The notes below the pieces were generated by a model. The model worked only from the letters and a program-made list of their open reading frames with translations. It was not told the DNA's origin and did no database searches. Source: an uncultured Actinomycetes bacterium (GTDB taxonomy: Bacteria; Actinomycetota; Thermoleophilia; Gaiellales; Gaiellaceae). Taken from it: 64,000 bases of DNA. Each line of letters starts with the position of its first letter. Position 1 is the stretch's first letter. The DNA is taken from the NCBI GenBank assembly GCA_963746805.1, contig CAVVCQ010000007.1, forward strand, positions 70,510 through 134,509. Reading direction: 5' to 3'. Shown piece after piece: positions 8,996 through 18,397 of the stretch. Both the position numbers and the translations under genes were made by a program.

Positions 8996-9942
8996 CCTCC
9001 CCGGCGCCCGCGCAGGACCCGGAGCGCTCCGCCTGGGAGCTGCCGGACCTCCTCGGCGTCACGGCCGACCTCGACCGCCTGCGTGACGTCATCGCCACCT
9101 GGATCGAGGACTGCGACGCCGAGGTCCGGGAGATGGTGCGGCGCCAGCTGTCGGCGCGGGCGAAGTACTTCCGCCCGGTGACCGTCTTCGCGTGCCACTA
9201 CGCGAGGACGACGAGGCCCGTCCCGGGGCGCGTGCTCCGGTCGGCCGCCGCGGTCGAGCTGCTCCACAACGTCTCGCTGATCGTCGACGACATCCTCGAC
9301 CGCTCGCGCTACCGCCGCGGCGAGCTGTCGCTGCACTGCCGCTACGGGTTCCTGCCGGCGCTCATGACCGCGGGTTACGTCGGCTTCGCCGGCTCGAAGC
9401 TCGTCGCGTCCGACGCCTACAGCGTGCGGCTCCTGGCCGAGCTCATGCAGCGGCTCGGCGCCGCCGAGTGCCTCCAGTGGCGCCTGCGCCGCCAGCCGCT
9501 GGGCGTCGAGGACTGGCGCGCGATCGCTGGCGCCGACACGGGGAGCATGTTCGAGATCTGCGCCCGCCTCGGGACCCGCGACGACGCCCTTCGCACGTAC
9601 GGGCTCCTTCTCGGCACGCTCTACCACGGCTGCGACGACGTCGCCGACGTCCGCGGCACCACTGCCCTCGGCGGCGGCAGCGAAAAGGACATCGTCGACG
9701 GGATCCTCACGCTCCCCGCGGCGGTCGCGATGCGGCGGCCGGCCGCGGCGCTCCTCTTCCGCAACGCGGGCCCGGCGACGTTCGCGCGGATCGCCGAGGA
9801 GCTTCGCAGCGCCCTGCCCGAGGCCGAGGCGTACCTCGACCGGCTCGCGGCCGAGGCCGAGGACGAGGCCGCGCGCAATGCCGCCCACCCGGATCGCCTC
9901 GTCGACCTCCTCCGCCACACCCGTGCGCTCTCGGCCGTCTGA
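8992..9942 (+). CDS. polyprenyl (trans-isoprenyl) diphosphate synthase family, divergent
   Basis: 316 aa. ATG overlaps the P4 stop (ATGA). First Asp-rich motif is LLHNVSLIVDDILDRSRYRRG; the second is LYHGCDDVADVRG followed by DIVDGILTLP. Confidence 0.8.
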   Translation: MTSPAPAQDPERSAWELPDLLGVTADLDRLRDVIATWIEDCDAEVREMVRRQLSARAKYFRPVTVFACHYARTTRPVPGRVLRSAAAVELLHNVSLIVDDILDRSRYRRGELSLHCRYGFLPALMTAGYVGFAGSKLVASDAYSVRLLAELMQRLGAAECLQWRLRRQPLGVEDWRAIAGADTGSMFEICARLGTRDDALRTYGLLLGTLYHGCDDVADVRGTTALGGGSEKDIVDGILTLPAAVAMRRPAAALLFRNAGPATFARIAEELRSALPEAEAYLDRLAAEAEDEAARNAAHPDRLVDLLRHTRALSAV

Positions 9943-11389
9943 GTCGGACGTGATCGTCGTGGGCGGCGGGCCCGGCGGCAGCACGCTCGCGTGGGACCTC
10001 GCCAGGCAGGGCGTCGAGGTGACGGTGCTCGAGCGCACGCGGTTCCCGCGCGAGAAGGTGTGCGGCGACTACGTCGAGCCGCGCGGCCTCCGGATCCTCG
10101 AGCGCATGGGCGCGCTCGAGCGGCTCGAGACGGGCGGGCCGTTGCGGATTACGCATTCGGCCACCCACGTCGACGGTGAGTGCCGCTACCGCGGGGAGAT
10201 CCCGTTCTACGGCCCGGACGGCGACCTCCCGCCGCACGGCTACATCATCGCGCGGGACGAGCTCGACGACGCGATGCTGCGGACGGCCGCCGAGGCCGGG
10301 GCGACCGTGCACGAGGAGACGCAGGCGACGGTCGTCGATGTGGACGCGGACGGCGTGGCCGTCGAGGCGAAGCGGAACGGCAAGGTCGTCCGCTACCGGA
10401 GCCGGCTCGTCGTCGGCGCCGACGGGGTCAACTCGGTGGTCGCACGGTGCGCCGGGCTGGCGGCCGACGATCCGCGCTACGTCGCGGTCGCCCAGCGCGC
10501 GTACGCGAACGTCGCCGACGACGTCGGCGAGGCGGCGTTCTTCTTCGACCACGACCTCTTCCCCGGGTACGGCTGGGTGTTCCCGCTCGCCGGTGGCCGT
10601 GTGAACCTCGGCGTCGGGATCCTCTCCGAGACGAGGCGGAAGCTCGGGCTCCAGGTCCCGGACCTCTTCGCCTCCTTCGTCGCGGGCCTCGGCGAGGCGA
10701 GCACGCGCTGGCGGGCGCTCGAGCTCTGCGCGCCCCCGATCGGTGGGATCGTCCGGACCTACGGCGCCGCGGGCCCGAACCACTTCGACGGCGGCGTCCT
10801 CGTCGGCGACGCCGGCAGCTTCGTCGACCCGATGACCGGCGAGGGGATCACGCCCGCGATGGAGTCGGCGCTGCTCGCCTCGCCCGTCCTGTGCCGCGCG
10901 CTCGACGTCGGCCGCTTCGACGCGACGCAGCTCCAGCCCTACGAGACCGCGTTCCGCACGCACTTCGACCCGGCCATGGTCTTCCTCGACCTCTGCGCGG
11001 CGACGCTGCGCAACCGGCACCTGGCCGGCCCCTGGCTGAAGGCGCTCGCCCGGGGCTGCGAGCTCGCGTCGTCCTCTCCGGAGTTCGCCCGGACCGGCGG
11101 CGCCTACTTCGGCGGCCTCGACGTGCGCCCGTTCGGGATCCTCGGGCAGATGTGGCTCCGCGTCGTCGAGGATCTCGCGCTGGCGTGGCCCCGGTCGCTC
11201 ACCGGCGCCGCGCGCGGGACGACGCTGACCGACCTCGTGGGGTGGCAGGCCGCGCTGCTGCAGTCGCTGCTTGCCGAGCCGCTCTGGCACACGCGCTGGG
11301 CGGCGGACGTCCAGCGCAAGTGGCTGCGGGTGCTGGCCCCGGGGGCACGCGGGGAGGATCCGCGCTACTCGGGCGTCGCTAGCTCTTGA
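9878..11389 (+). CDS. geranylgeranyl reductase family FAD-dependent oxidoreductase
   Basis: 503-aa ORF with DVIVVGGGPGGSTLAWDLARQG, REKVCGDYV and GDAGSFVDPMTGEGI. Start is either ATG 9878 (65-nt overlap) or GTG 9950. Confidence 0.85.
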   Translation: MPPTRIASSTSSATPVRSRPSESDVIVVGGGPGGSTLAWDLARQGVEVTVLERTRFPREKVCGDYVEPRGLRILERMGALERLETGGPLRITHSATHVDGECRYRGEIPFYGPDGDLPPHGYIIARDELDDAMLRTAAEAGATVHEETQATVVDVDADGVAVEAKRNGKVVRYRSRLVVGADGVNSVVARCAGLAADDPRYVAVAQRAYANVADDVGEAAFFFDHDLFPGYGWVFPLAGGRVNLGVGILSETRRKLGLQVPDLFASFVAGLGEASTRWRALELCAPPIGGIVRTYGAAGPNHFDGGVLVGDAGSFVDPMTGEGITPAMESALLASPVLCRALDVGRFDATQLQPYETAFRTHFDPAMVFLDLCAATLRNRHLAGPWLKALARGCELASSSPEFARTGGAYFGGLDVRPFGILGQMWLRVVEDLALAWPRSLTGAARGTTLTDLVGWQAALLQSLLAEPLWHTRWAADVQRKWLRVLAPGARGEDPRYSGVASS

Positions 11390-11774
11390 CCCGGGCCGCA
11401 CGGGTGCGGCGCGGCGTGCGCTTGCCGATCGTCTCGAGTTGGCTGTTGAAGTGCTGCACCGACAGCGTCGGCAGCTCGGTCAGGTCGCGGAGGTACTGGC
11501 GGGTGAGGTCGCTGATGCGGCTCACGAGCTCGCTCGGGTCGCCGTCCGACGCCTCGAGCGTCGCAAGCTCGTCGCCGACGGCCTTCGAGTAGACGTTCGC
11601 CCGCTCGGCCCAGCCGGCCCAGAACGTCGTCACCGCGCTCACCGCGGCGAGCTGCGTCCGGGCCGCCTCGATGAGGACGTCGCGCACCGCGTCGCTCTTC
11701 GGCGCCTCGGGCTGCTCGGTCGCGCGCGTTGCCCGTTTCGCCGCAGGCTTCTTCCGTTGAGGCTGTGGCGGCAC
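11379..11774 (-). CDS. hypothetical helical (phasin-like) protein
   Basis: GTG 11774 sits 4 nt after GGAGG and is in frame with ORF 11379..12521. 131 aa (...KSDAVRDVLIEAARTQLAAVSAVTTFWAGWAERANVYSKAVGDELATLE...). Convergent with the reductase gene and overlaps it by 11 nt. Confidence 0.6.
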   Translation of the reverse strand: MPPQPQRKKPAAKRATRATEQPEAPKSDAVRDVLIEAARTQLAAVSAVTTFWAGWAERANVYSKAVGDELATLEASDGDPSELVSRISDLTRQYLRDLTELPTLSVQHFNSQLETIGKRTPRRTRAARVKS

Positions 11775-11809
11775 AGACCTCCGATCTCGAACGGAGCCTC
11801 GGAGGGATC

Positions 11810-12706
11810 CTATCGCGCGCGCTCGAGAAGCCAGTCGTGTACCTCGGGGATCCGGTGCTCCATCAGCGTTAGGTGACCGTCCTCCGCGGTGAGGCGGGCG
11901 TCCGCGCCGGGGACGTGCTCCGCCAGCCACCGGCCGTGCGAGGGCGGCACGAACCGGTCCTCCTCGCCCTGCCAGACGAGCACCGGGACGGCGATCGCGT
12001 CGAGGGCGAAGCCCCATGGCTCGACGAATGCGAGGTCGTCCTCGACCCACCCCTCGACGCCGGTCGCGAGTCCGGCCCGCACCGACTCGACGAGGTGGTC
12101 GGCGAGCTCGGCGGTCGCGACGTTCGCGTCGACCGTCGAGAGCAGCGTCGCCCACTGCTCTCGCAGGTCCTGACCGGACGCGGTGGCGAAGGCGGCGCGG
12201 TGCGTCTCGAGCAGCGGCTCGAGCGACTCCCGGCCGGCGAGCACCGCGGCGAACTCGTCCAGGTTGTCCTCGCCCATGCCCCCGAGCCAGTCGAGTCCCT
12301 CGGCGTCGTACGGCGCGACCCCGGCCAGGCTCGCCGCGGCCGTGACGCGGTCGCCGAGCAGGGCGGCGCAGGCGAGCGCGTGCGGCCCGCCGCCGGAGAT
12401 GCCCCAGACGGCGAACCGGTCGATGGCGAGCGCGTCGGCGACGGCCGTCGCGTCGGGCACGAAGTCGCCGACCGCGCGCCCGGGCTGCGGGGTCGAGGCG
12501 CCGTAGCCGGGCCGCGTCCACGAGACGAGCCTGATCCCACGCTCCTCCGCCTCGGCCGCGTGCGGGTCGTAGAGGATGCCGCCGGAGGGCGTGCCGTAGA
12601 TCGCGACGACGGCCGGCCCGTCCGGGTCTCCCGCCTCGAAGACGTCGAGCGAGTGGCCGTCCCGGGTGGTGACGGTGTGCGTGCGCACGGCCGGCGATTC
12701 TCTCAC
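11810..12706 (-). CDS. alpha/beta-fold hydrolase
   Basis: Coding part of ORF 11810..13237. Nucleophile elbow is FAVWGISGGGPHAL; the C-terminal region reads ...WQGEEDRFVP...EDGHLTLM. GTG 12706 overlaps the glpK stop (GTGA); the alternative start is GTG 12688. Confidence 0.8.
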   Translation of the reverse strand: MRESPAVRTHTVTTRDGHSLDVFEAGDPDGPAVVAIYGTPSGGILYDPHAAEAEERGIRLVSWTRPGYGASTPQPGRAVGDFVPDATAVADALAIDRFAVWGISGGGPHALACAALLGDRVTAAASLAGVAPYDAEGLDWLGGMGEDNLDEFAAVLAGRESLEPLLETHRAAFATASGQDLREQWATLLSTVDANVATAELADHLVESVRAGLATGVEGWVEDDLAFVEPWGFALDAIAVPVLVWQGEEDRFVPPSHGRWLAEHVPGADARLTAEDGHLTLMEHRIPEVHDWLLERAR

Positions 12707-14112
12707 CGGAGGAGTGCCCGCCGGACGGCGAGCCGCCAGCCCTCGCGCAGCGTCTCGGCCTCGTCCCGGCTCAGCGCCGGCTCGTAGACGGCGCCGGCGC
12801 CGAGGAGGCCGCGCACGTCCGCGGGCGACCAGGAACCGAGCGCGAGACCGGCGAGCGCCGCCGCACCGAGCGCCGTCGTCTCGCGCTCGGCCGCGACCTC
12901 GACGGGCAGCCCCAGAAGATCGGCCTGGAACTGCATCAGGAAGCCGTTCGCGCTCGCGCCGCCGTCGGCCCGCAGCGCCGTCAGCTCGAGCGGCAGCGCG
13001 TCGACGACGTCCGCGATCTGGAACGCGATCGCCTCGAGCGTGGCACGCACGACGTGGGCGCGAGTCGTGCCGCGCGTGATCCCGCTCAGCAGCCCGCGTG
13101 CGTCGGGCTCCCAGTGCGGCGAGCCGAGCCCCGTCAGCGCCGGGACGAGGACGACGCCGTCCGACGAGTCGATGCTCCGCGCGAGCGCCTCGGTCTCCGC
13201 CGCGGAACCGACGAGGCCGAGCCCGTCGCGGAGCCACTGCACGGCGGCCCCGCTCGTGAGCACCGCGCCCTCGAGCGCGTAGCCCGTCGGCGCCGCCGCC
13301 GTCGCGAGCAGACCGGATGGAGGCACCGGGGGCTCGGCGCCGGCGTGGGCGAGGACGAAGCTCCCGGTGCCGTAGGTCGCCTTCGCCTCACCGGCGGCGA
13401 AGCAGCCGTGCCCGGCGAGTGCGGCCTGCTGGTCGCCCGCGAGCGCGGCGAGCGGCACGGACGCGCCGAGGAGCTCCGCCTCACCGACGACCTCGGCCGA
13501 GCCCACGATGCGAGGCAGCACGTCGCGCGGGACGCCGAAGAGCGCGAGCAAGTCGTCGTCCCACGCATCGTCCGCGAGCCCGTAGAGGAGCGTCCGTGAC
13601 GCGTTCGTCCGGTCGGTCGCGTGCTCTCCGGCGAGCCGCCATGCGAGCCACGCGTCGACCGTGCCGAAGGCCAGCTCCCGGGGCGGCAGGTCGGTGCGCG
13701 CGAGCAGCCACTCGAGCTTCGTGGCCGAGAAGTACGGGTCCGGGACGAGACCGGTGCGCTCCCGCAGGAGCTCGGCCGGAAGCTCCCGGCAGCGCGCTGC
13801 GGTGCGCCGGTCCTGCCACACGATCGCGGGCGCGACGGGCCGTCCGCTCGCCCGCTCCCACAGGATCGTCGTCTCGCGCTGGTTTGCGATCCCGACCGCC
13901 GCGAGGGCGTCGGCGCCGACGCCCGCGTCCGCGAGCGCCGCCTCGGCCGTCGCGAGCACGCCTGCATGGATCTCCTCCGGGTCGTGCTCGACCCAGCCCG
14001 GGCGCGGGAAGCGCTGCGGCAGCTCCCGGTAGCCGCGGCCCCGTACCCGGAGCCGCTCGTCGACGACGAGACAGGTCGTGCCGGTCGTGCCCTGGTCGAT
14101 CGCGAGGATCAC
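12703..14112 (-). CDS. glpK: glycerol kinase (FGGY family)
   Basis: VILAIDQGTTGTTCLVV, GWVEHDPEEI, GIANQRETTILWE, KATYGTGSF, GLGSPHWEP. GTG 14112 overlaps the glpD stop (GTGA). Confidence 0.88.
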   Translation of the reverse strand: MILAIDQGTTGTTCLVVDERLRVRGRGYRELPQRFPRPGWVEHDPEEIHAGVLATAEAALADAGVGADALAAVGIANQRETTILWERASGRPVAPAIVWQDRRTAARCRELPAELLRERTGLVPDPYFSATKLEWLLARTDLPPRELAFGTVDAWLAWRLAGEHATDRTNASRTLLYGLADDAWDDDLLALFGVPRDVLPRIVGSAEVVGEAELLGASVPLAALAGDQQAALAGHGCFAAGEAKATYGTGSFVLAHAGAEPPVPPSGLLATAAAPTGYALEGAVLTSGAAVQWLRDGLGLVGSAAETEALARSIDSSDGVVLVPALTGLGSPHWEPDARGLLSGITRGTTRAHVVRATLEAIAFQIADVVDALPLELTALRADGGASANGFLMQFQADLLGLPVEVAAERETTALGAAALAGLALGSWSPADVRGLLGAGAVYEPALSRDEAETLREGWRLAVRRALLR

Positions 14113-15587
14113 GCGAGGAGCTCCTCGACGCGGGCGCGCACCGCCGGCGTGTCGAGCCCGCGGAGCGCGAGCGTCGTGCGCCGGCGGAGCACGTCCTCGA
14201 CGGTGAGCGCCCACTCGTGCTCGTGGGCGTAGCGCACCTGGGCGGCGAGCTCGGGCGCGCCGTCCACGACCGGCTCGAGCGGCCCGTGGCCGAGGACGTC
14301 GGCCGCGAGCGAGCCGTAGGTGCCAGCCAGGTGCGCCGCGGTCTGCTCGTCCAGGCCGTGTCGCCGGCGGAGCGCATCGGCCGCGACCTCGGGGTCGGCG
14401 GCGCCCGGCAGCTGGCGCGGCTCGCGGTCGATCCGGTGGAGCCCGAGGTCGGCCCGCAGCGCGTGCAGGACGGCGAGCGCGATGCGGCGGTACGTCGTGA
14501 GCTTCCCGCCGGTGACGGAGACGACGCCGAGCGGGCCGCGCGTGAGCATCGTCTCGCGGCGCACTCGCGCGGTCTCGCCTCCGGCGCCCGCCGGGAGGAC
14601 GCGGAGCCCGGCGAAGCGGGCGCGCACCGGGCCGAGGCCGTCGAGCGCCGACCCGGCCTCGGCGAGGATCTGCCGCTCGTCCTCGTCGGTCGTGCCGACG
14701 TCGGCATCCCCGTCCCACGGCGTGTCGGTCGTGCCGAGCAGCAGGAGCCCCTGCCACGGGACGGCGAACGAGACGCGCGTGCGGTCGAGCGGGATCGTCA
14801 CGGCCGCGCTCCAGCCCGGCGGCAGGTCGAGCACGAGGTGCGCGCCCTTGCTGAGCGTCACGGAGCGGCCCGCGGTGGGATCCTCGAGGCGGCGAATCGC
14901 GTCGATGCCCGCGCCCGTGGCGTTGACGATCGCGGCCGCCCGGACCAGCGCCGTCGCGCCGGTGAGGACGTCGCGCACCTGGCCGGCGCCGCGCTCGAGG
15001 CCGACGAGCTCGACGCGGCTCGCGACGACGGCGCCGCCGTCCGCAGCGGCCCGGAGATTGAGCAGGCAGAGCCGGGCGTCGTCCGTGCGCGCGTCCGGAT
15101 AGACGCCGGCCGCGCGCAGCCCGTCGGTCCGCAGCGACGGTACGAGCTCGGCCGCGGCGGCCGGCGCGACGAGGCGGCTCCGCTCCTTCGGGATCCCCGT
15201 CAGCCGCGCGTACGACCAGAGCGCGCCGCGGATCGGCATCCGCCCGTACGGCCCGCCGGCGTAGATCGGGAGGACGAACGGGATCCGGCGCACGAGGTGC
15301 GGCGCGACCCGGCGCGAGAGCGCCTCGACCTCCCCGAGCGCCTCCCGGACGAGCGAGAAGTGGCCGAGGCGAAGGTAGCGCAGCCCGCCGTGGACGAGCT
15401 TCGACGACGCGCTCGTCGTCCCCGATGCAAAGTCGCCGCGCTCGACGAGCGCGACGGCGAGCCCGTGGCGGGACGCGAGCTCGGCGACGCCGGCGCCGAG
15501 GATCCCGCCGCCGACCACGAGCAGGTCGAAGCGCTCGCGGCCGAGCCGTTCGAGCGTCGCCTCGCGCGTCGTGGCCGCGGCGCTCAG
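14109..15587 (-). CDS. glpD: FAD-dependent glycerol-3-phosphate dehydrogenase
   Basis: FDLLVVGGGILGAGVAELASRHG...GDFASGTTSASSKLVHGGLRYL. There is no ATG/GTG/TTG between the Rossmann motif and the upstream gene. CTG 15587 lies 7 nt after GGGAGG and overlaps the upstream stop (CTGA). The 5' end is uncertain. Confidence 0.82.
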   Translation of the reverse strand: MSAAATTREATLERLGRERFDLLVVGGGILGAGVAELASRHGLAVALVERGDFASGTTSASSKLVHGGLRYLRLGHFSLVREALGEVEALSRRVAPHLVRRIPFVLPIYAGGPYGRMPIRGALWSYARLTGIPKERSRLVAPAAAAELVPSLRTDGLRAAGVYPDARTDDARLCLLNLRAAADGGAVVASRVELVGLERGAGQVRDVLTGATALVRAAAIVNATGAGIDAIRRLEDPTAGRSVTLSKGAHLVLDLPPGWSAAVTIPLDRTRVSFAVPWQGLLLLGTTDTPWDGDADVGTTDEDERQILAEAGSALDGLGPVRARFAGLRVLPAGAGGETARVRRETMLTRGPLGVVSVTGGKLTTYRRIALAVLHALRADLGLHRIDREPRQLPGAADPEVAADALRRRHGLDEQTAAHLAGTYGSLAADVLGHGPLEPVVDGAPELAAQVRYAHEHEWALTVEDVLRRRTTLALRGLDTPAVRARVEELLA

Positions 15588-16750
15588 GGCCGCGCCTCCC
15601 GTACCTGCGCCCGCTCCTCGCGGTAATGGACGACGTCGTAGACGATGAGCACGCAGCAGACGGCGGTCACGAGCGCGAGCGAGGTCAGCGCCGCCACCTC
15701 CTGCGCCACCGGCACGAGCGCGAGCGCGGCCACCGTCGCGGTCGGCCTGCCGACGCCGAACCAGGCGGGGCGGTTCCCGCTCGCCCGGCGGATGAGCTGG
15801 ACGGTGCGGAGGCGCATCAGGACGTGCGTGAAGAAGTACAGCGCCACGCCGCCGCACAGGGCGACGGCCGGGACGGTCTCGAGCGGGTCGCCGACGTGCT
15901 CGACCGTCTTCTTCAACCCGAGCGCGAAGAGGACGATGCCCGCGATCATCGGCAGGTGGAGATAGCTGTAGTGGTCGCGCGCGAACCGCACGCGCGCGGC
16001 GCCGCTCGTCGACGTGAGCTCCCGCTGGCCCATGACCGCGTAGACGTCGAAGTACGCCCACCAGAGGGCGGCGAGCGAGACGACGGCCAGCGCGGCGGCG
16101 GTGACCACGCCGGTCGTGAGCGTCACGCCCATCGCGCCGATGCCGATCGACACGATCGACTCGCCGAGGGCGATGATCACGATCAGGCCGTGCCGCTCGG
16201 CGAAATGCGCGGGCGAGACGCGCCAGCCCACGCCGCGCCCGATGAGCGCCCCGCCGTAGTCGACGGCCAGGGCGGCGATCCAGAGCGCGACCCGCGCGTC
16301 GCCGTCGAGGAAGCCGGCCACGATCAGGATCGCGGGCGCCAACAGGCCGGCCGGGGCGATGCGCACGACGGCGCCGAGCAGCTCGGGGTCGCGCTTCCCC
16401 GCGAGTGCGTAGAGGAGCAGGAAGAGGAGCCGCACGACGAGATAGGCGACGGCGAACAGGACGGCGTCCTCGCCGAAGGCTCCAGGCACGGCGAGCGCGA
16501 TGACGAGCATCGCCGCCATCGCCGCGACCATCGCGACACGGACGGCGGCGGCCTCCGGCTCGAGCGTGTTCGTCAGCCACGCGTAGCCCGTCCAGGCCCA
16601 CCAGATCGCCGCCAGGACGAGCAGCCCGCGCCCGACGCCGGCCCACGTCGGATCGTCCGACATGAGGTTCGTGACCTGCGTGATGCCGAAGACGAAGACG
16701 AGGTCGAAGAACAGCTCGAGCGGGGTGACTCGCTGCTCACGATCCGGCAC
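15584..16750 (-). CDS. low-temperature-requirement A (LtrA)-family membrane protein
   Basis: 388 aa. N-terminal signature is RVTPLELFFDLVFVFGITQV. About 10 TM segments. Confidence 0.8.
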   Translation of the reverse strand: MPDREQRVTPLELFFDLVFVFGITQVTNLMSDDPTWAGVGRGLLVLAAIWWAWTGYAWLTNTLEPEAAAVRVAMVAAMAAMLVIALAVPGAFGEDAVLFAVAYLVVRLLFLLLYALAGKRDPELLGAVVRIAPAGLLAPAILIVAGFLDGDARVALWIAALAVDYGGALIGRGVGWRVSPAHFAERHGLIVIIALGESIVSIGIGAMGVTLTTGVVTAAALAVVSLAALWWAYFDVYAVMGQRELTSTSGAARVRFARDHYSYLHLPMIAGIVLFALGLKKTVEHVGDPLETVPAVALCGGVALYFFTHVLMRLRTVQLIRRASGNRPAWFGVGRPTATVAALALVPVAQEVAALTSLALVTAVCCVLIVYDVVHYREERAQVREARP

Positions 16751-16793
16751 GGGGCGGATCGTACGAGTCCCGGGGATCGGCGATCATGACCCG

Positions 16794-17723
16794 GTGGACT
16801 CCGTCCTCGGCGCCATCGGCGACACGCCGCTCGTCCGTCTCCACCGCTGTGCCCCCGCGAACGGCGCGGAGCTGTGGCTGAAGCTCGAGCTGCGGAACCC
16901 GTCGGGCTCGATGAAGGACCGCATGGCACTGGCGATGATCGAGGGCGCCGAGCGGGACGGGTTGCTCGCGCCCGGCGACACCGTCGTCGAGTACACGGGC
17001 GGCAGCACCGGGCCTGCGCTTGCGCTCGTCTGCCGGGCCAAGGGCTATCGCGCGCTGATCGTGATGGCCGACTGCTTCACCGAGGAGCGCTTCGCGCTGC
17101 TGCGCGCGCTCGGTGCCGAGGTGGACGTCGTGCAGTCGGTCGAGGGGCCGCCGAACGTGACGGCGCAGGACATCGAGAACATGGTTGCGCGCGCCGCCGA
17201 GCTCGCGGAGCGGCCGGGCCACTACGCGACCGACCAGTTCCGCAACCCCTATTCCGTTCCGCACCACCGCGACCACCTCGGCCGTGAGATCTGGGAGCAG
17301 ACGGACGGTCGCGTGACGGCGTTCTGTCACGGGCTCGGTACTGCGAGCTCACTGCTCGGCGTCTCGGACGCGCTCCGGCCGCACGGCGTCCACATCCAGG
17401 CACACGAGCCGGCGGGGTCGGCCGCGATCACCGGCGGCGAACGCGGGCCCTTCGTGATGCAGGGCTGGGCGGGGTTCGTGATGCCGCAGTGGGACGCGAC
17501 GCGCGTCGATCACGTCGAGCCGATCGGCGACGCGGAGGCGGTCGAGATGACGAGGCGGCTGGCGCAGGAGGAGGGCGTCTTCGCCGGGATCTCCACGGGG
17601 GCGAACGTCGTCGGCGCGAACCGGCTGGCCGAGCGCCTCGGATCGGACGCGGTGATCGTGACGCTCGCCGTCGACACCGGCTTCAAGTACCTGAGCGTCC
17701 GCCCGTACGCCGAGCTGCGCTAG
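16794..17723 (+). CDS. PLP-dependent cysteine synthase family protein (CysK/CysM/CBS-like)
   Basis: In-frame GTG 16794 gives VDSVLGAIGDTPLV..., LKLELRNPSGSMKDRMA (PLP lysine) and YTGGSTGPALA. The longer ORF 16662.. would overlap the divergent ltrA-like gene. Confidence 0.85.
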   Translation: MDSVLGAIGDTPLVRLHRCAPANGAELWLKLELRNPSGSMKDRMALAMIEGAERDGLLAPGDTVVEYTGGSTGPALALVCRAKGYRALIVMADCFTEERFALLRALGAEVDVVQSVEGPPNVTAQDIENMVARAAELAERPGHYATDQFRNPYSVPHHRDHLGREIWEQTDGRVTAFCHGLGTASSLLGVSDALRPHGVHIQAHEPAGSAAITGGERGPFVMQGWAGFVMPQWDATRVDHVEPIGDAEAVEMTRRLAQEEGVFAGISTGANVVGANRLAERLGSDAVIVTLAVDTGFKYLSVRPYAELR

Positions 17724-17728
17724 AGCCG

Positions 17729-18397
17729 TCAGCCGCGGAGCTGCGCGCGTGTGCCGATCGCGATGTGCGGCGACGCGTTTGGCCGGAGCCAGCGCAGCAC
17801 GGTGCGCAGGTGCGGGAGTGCGAGGCTGACGCAGCCCGCGGTGGGGCCGTCCTTCATCGCGTGGAGGAAGATCCCGGAGCCGCGGCCGGGGACGACCGGG
17901 CGCATGTTGAACTCGATCACGGCGAGATGCGCGTACGCGCGCGGATCGCTGTACATGTCCGGCGTGGTCGTGCGGAACGGCGGCGTCGAGCCACAGGGCG
18001 TGCGGAAAAACGTGTTGTAGGAACGCGAGCGCGGGTCCTCGACCCACCAGTCGCCGCAGCGGAGGCGCACGTAGTGGTAGCGCACGCCCGGGTTCGCCGA
18101 GACGCCGTACATCGTCCGGCCGATCGGAAACGTCCCGACCGGCGTCGTGCCGTCGCCCTCGCGCCGGTTCGCGCGCACGCCGTTGGCGCCGACGCGCGCC
18201 GGGTAGGGGCCGCCGGCGAGGCGCCAGCAGCCGTCGGCGCGGCGCCAGATGCGCACCGAGCCGCGCGTCGAGCGCGCCGTCGGCGCATGGACGGTGATCA
18301 GCTGCTGCGCCGCGGTGGGCGGCTGCGCGCGCACCTCGGTGGCGAGGTTCACGGGGCACCAGGCAGCGAGCGAGGCGACCAGGGCGGCGGCGAGCAC
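17729..18397 (-). CDS. secreted L,D-transpeptidase (YkuD) family protein
   Basis: N-terminal signal-like segment is LAAALVASLAAWC. Catalytic motif is GSGIFLHAMKDGPTAGCVSL. Confidence 0.8.
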   Translation of the reverse strand: MLAAALVASLAAWCPVNLATEVRAQPPTAAQQLITVHAPTARSTRGSVRIWRRADGCWRLAGGPYPARVGANGVRANRREGDGTTPVGTFPIGRTMYGVSANPGVRYHYVRLRCGDWWVEDPRSRSYNTFFRTPCGSTPPFRTTTPDMYSDPRAYAHLAVIEFNMRPVVPGRGSGIFLHAMKDGPTAGCVSLALPHLRTVLRWLRPNASPHIAIGTRAQLRG

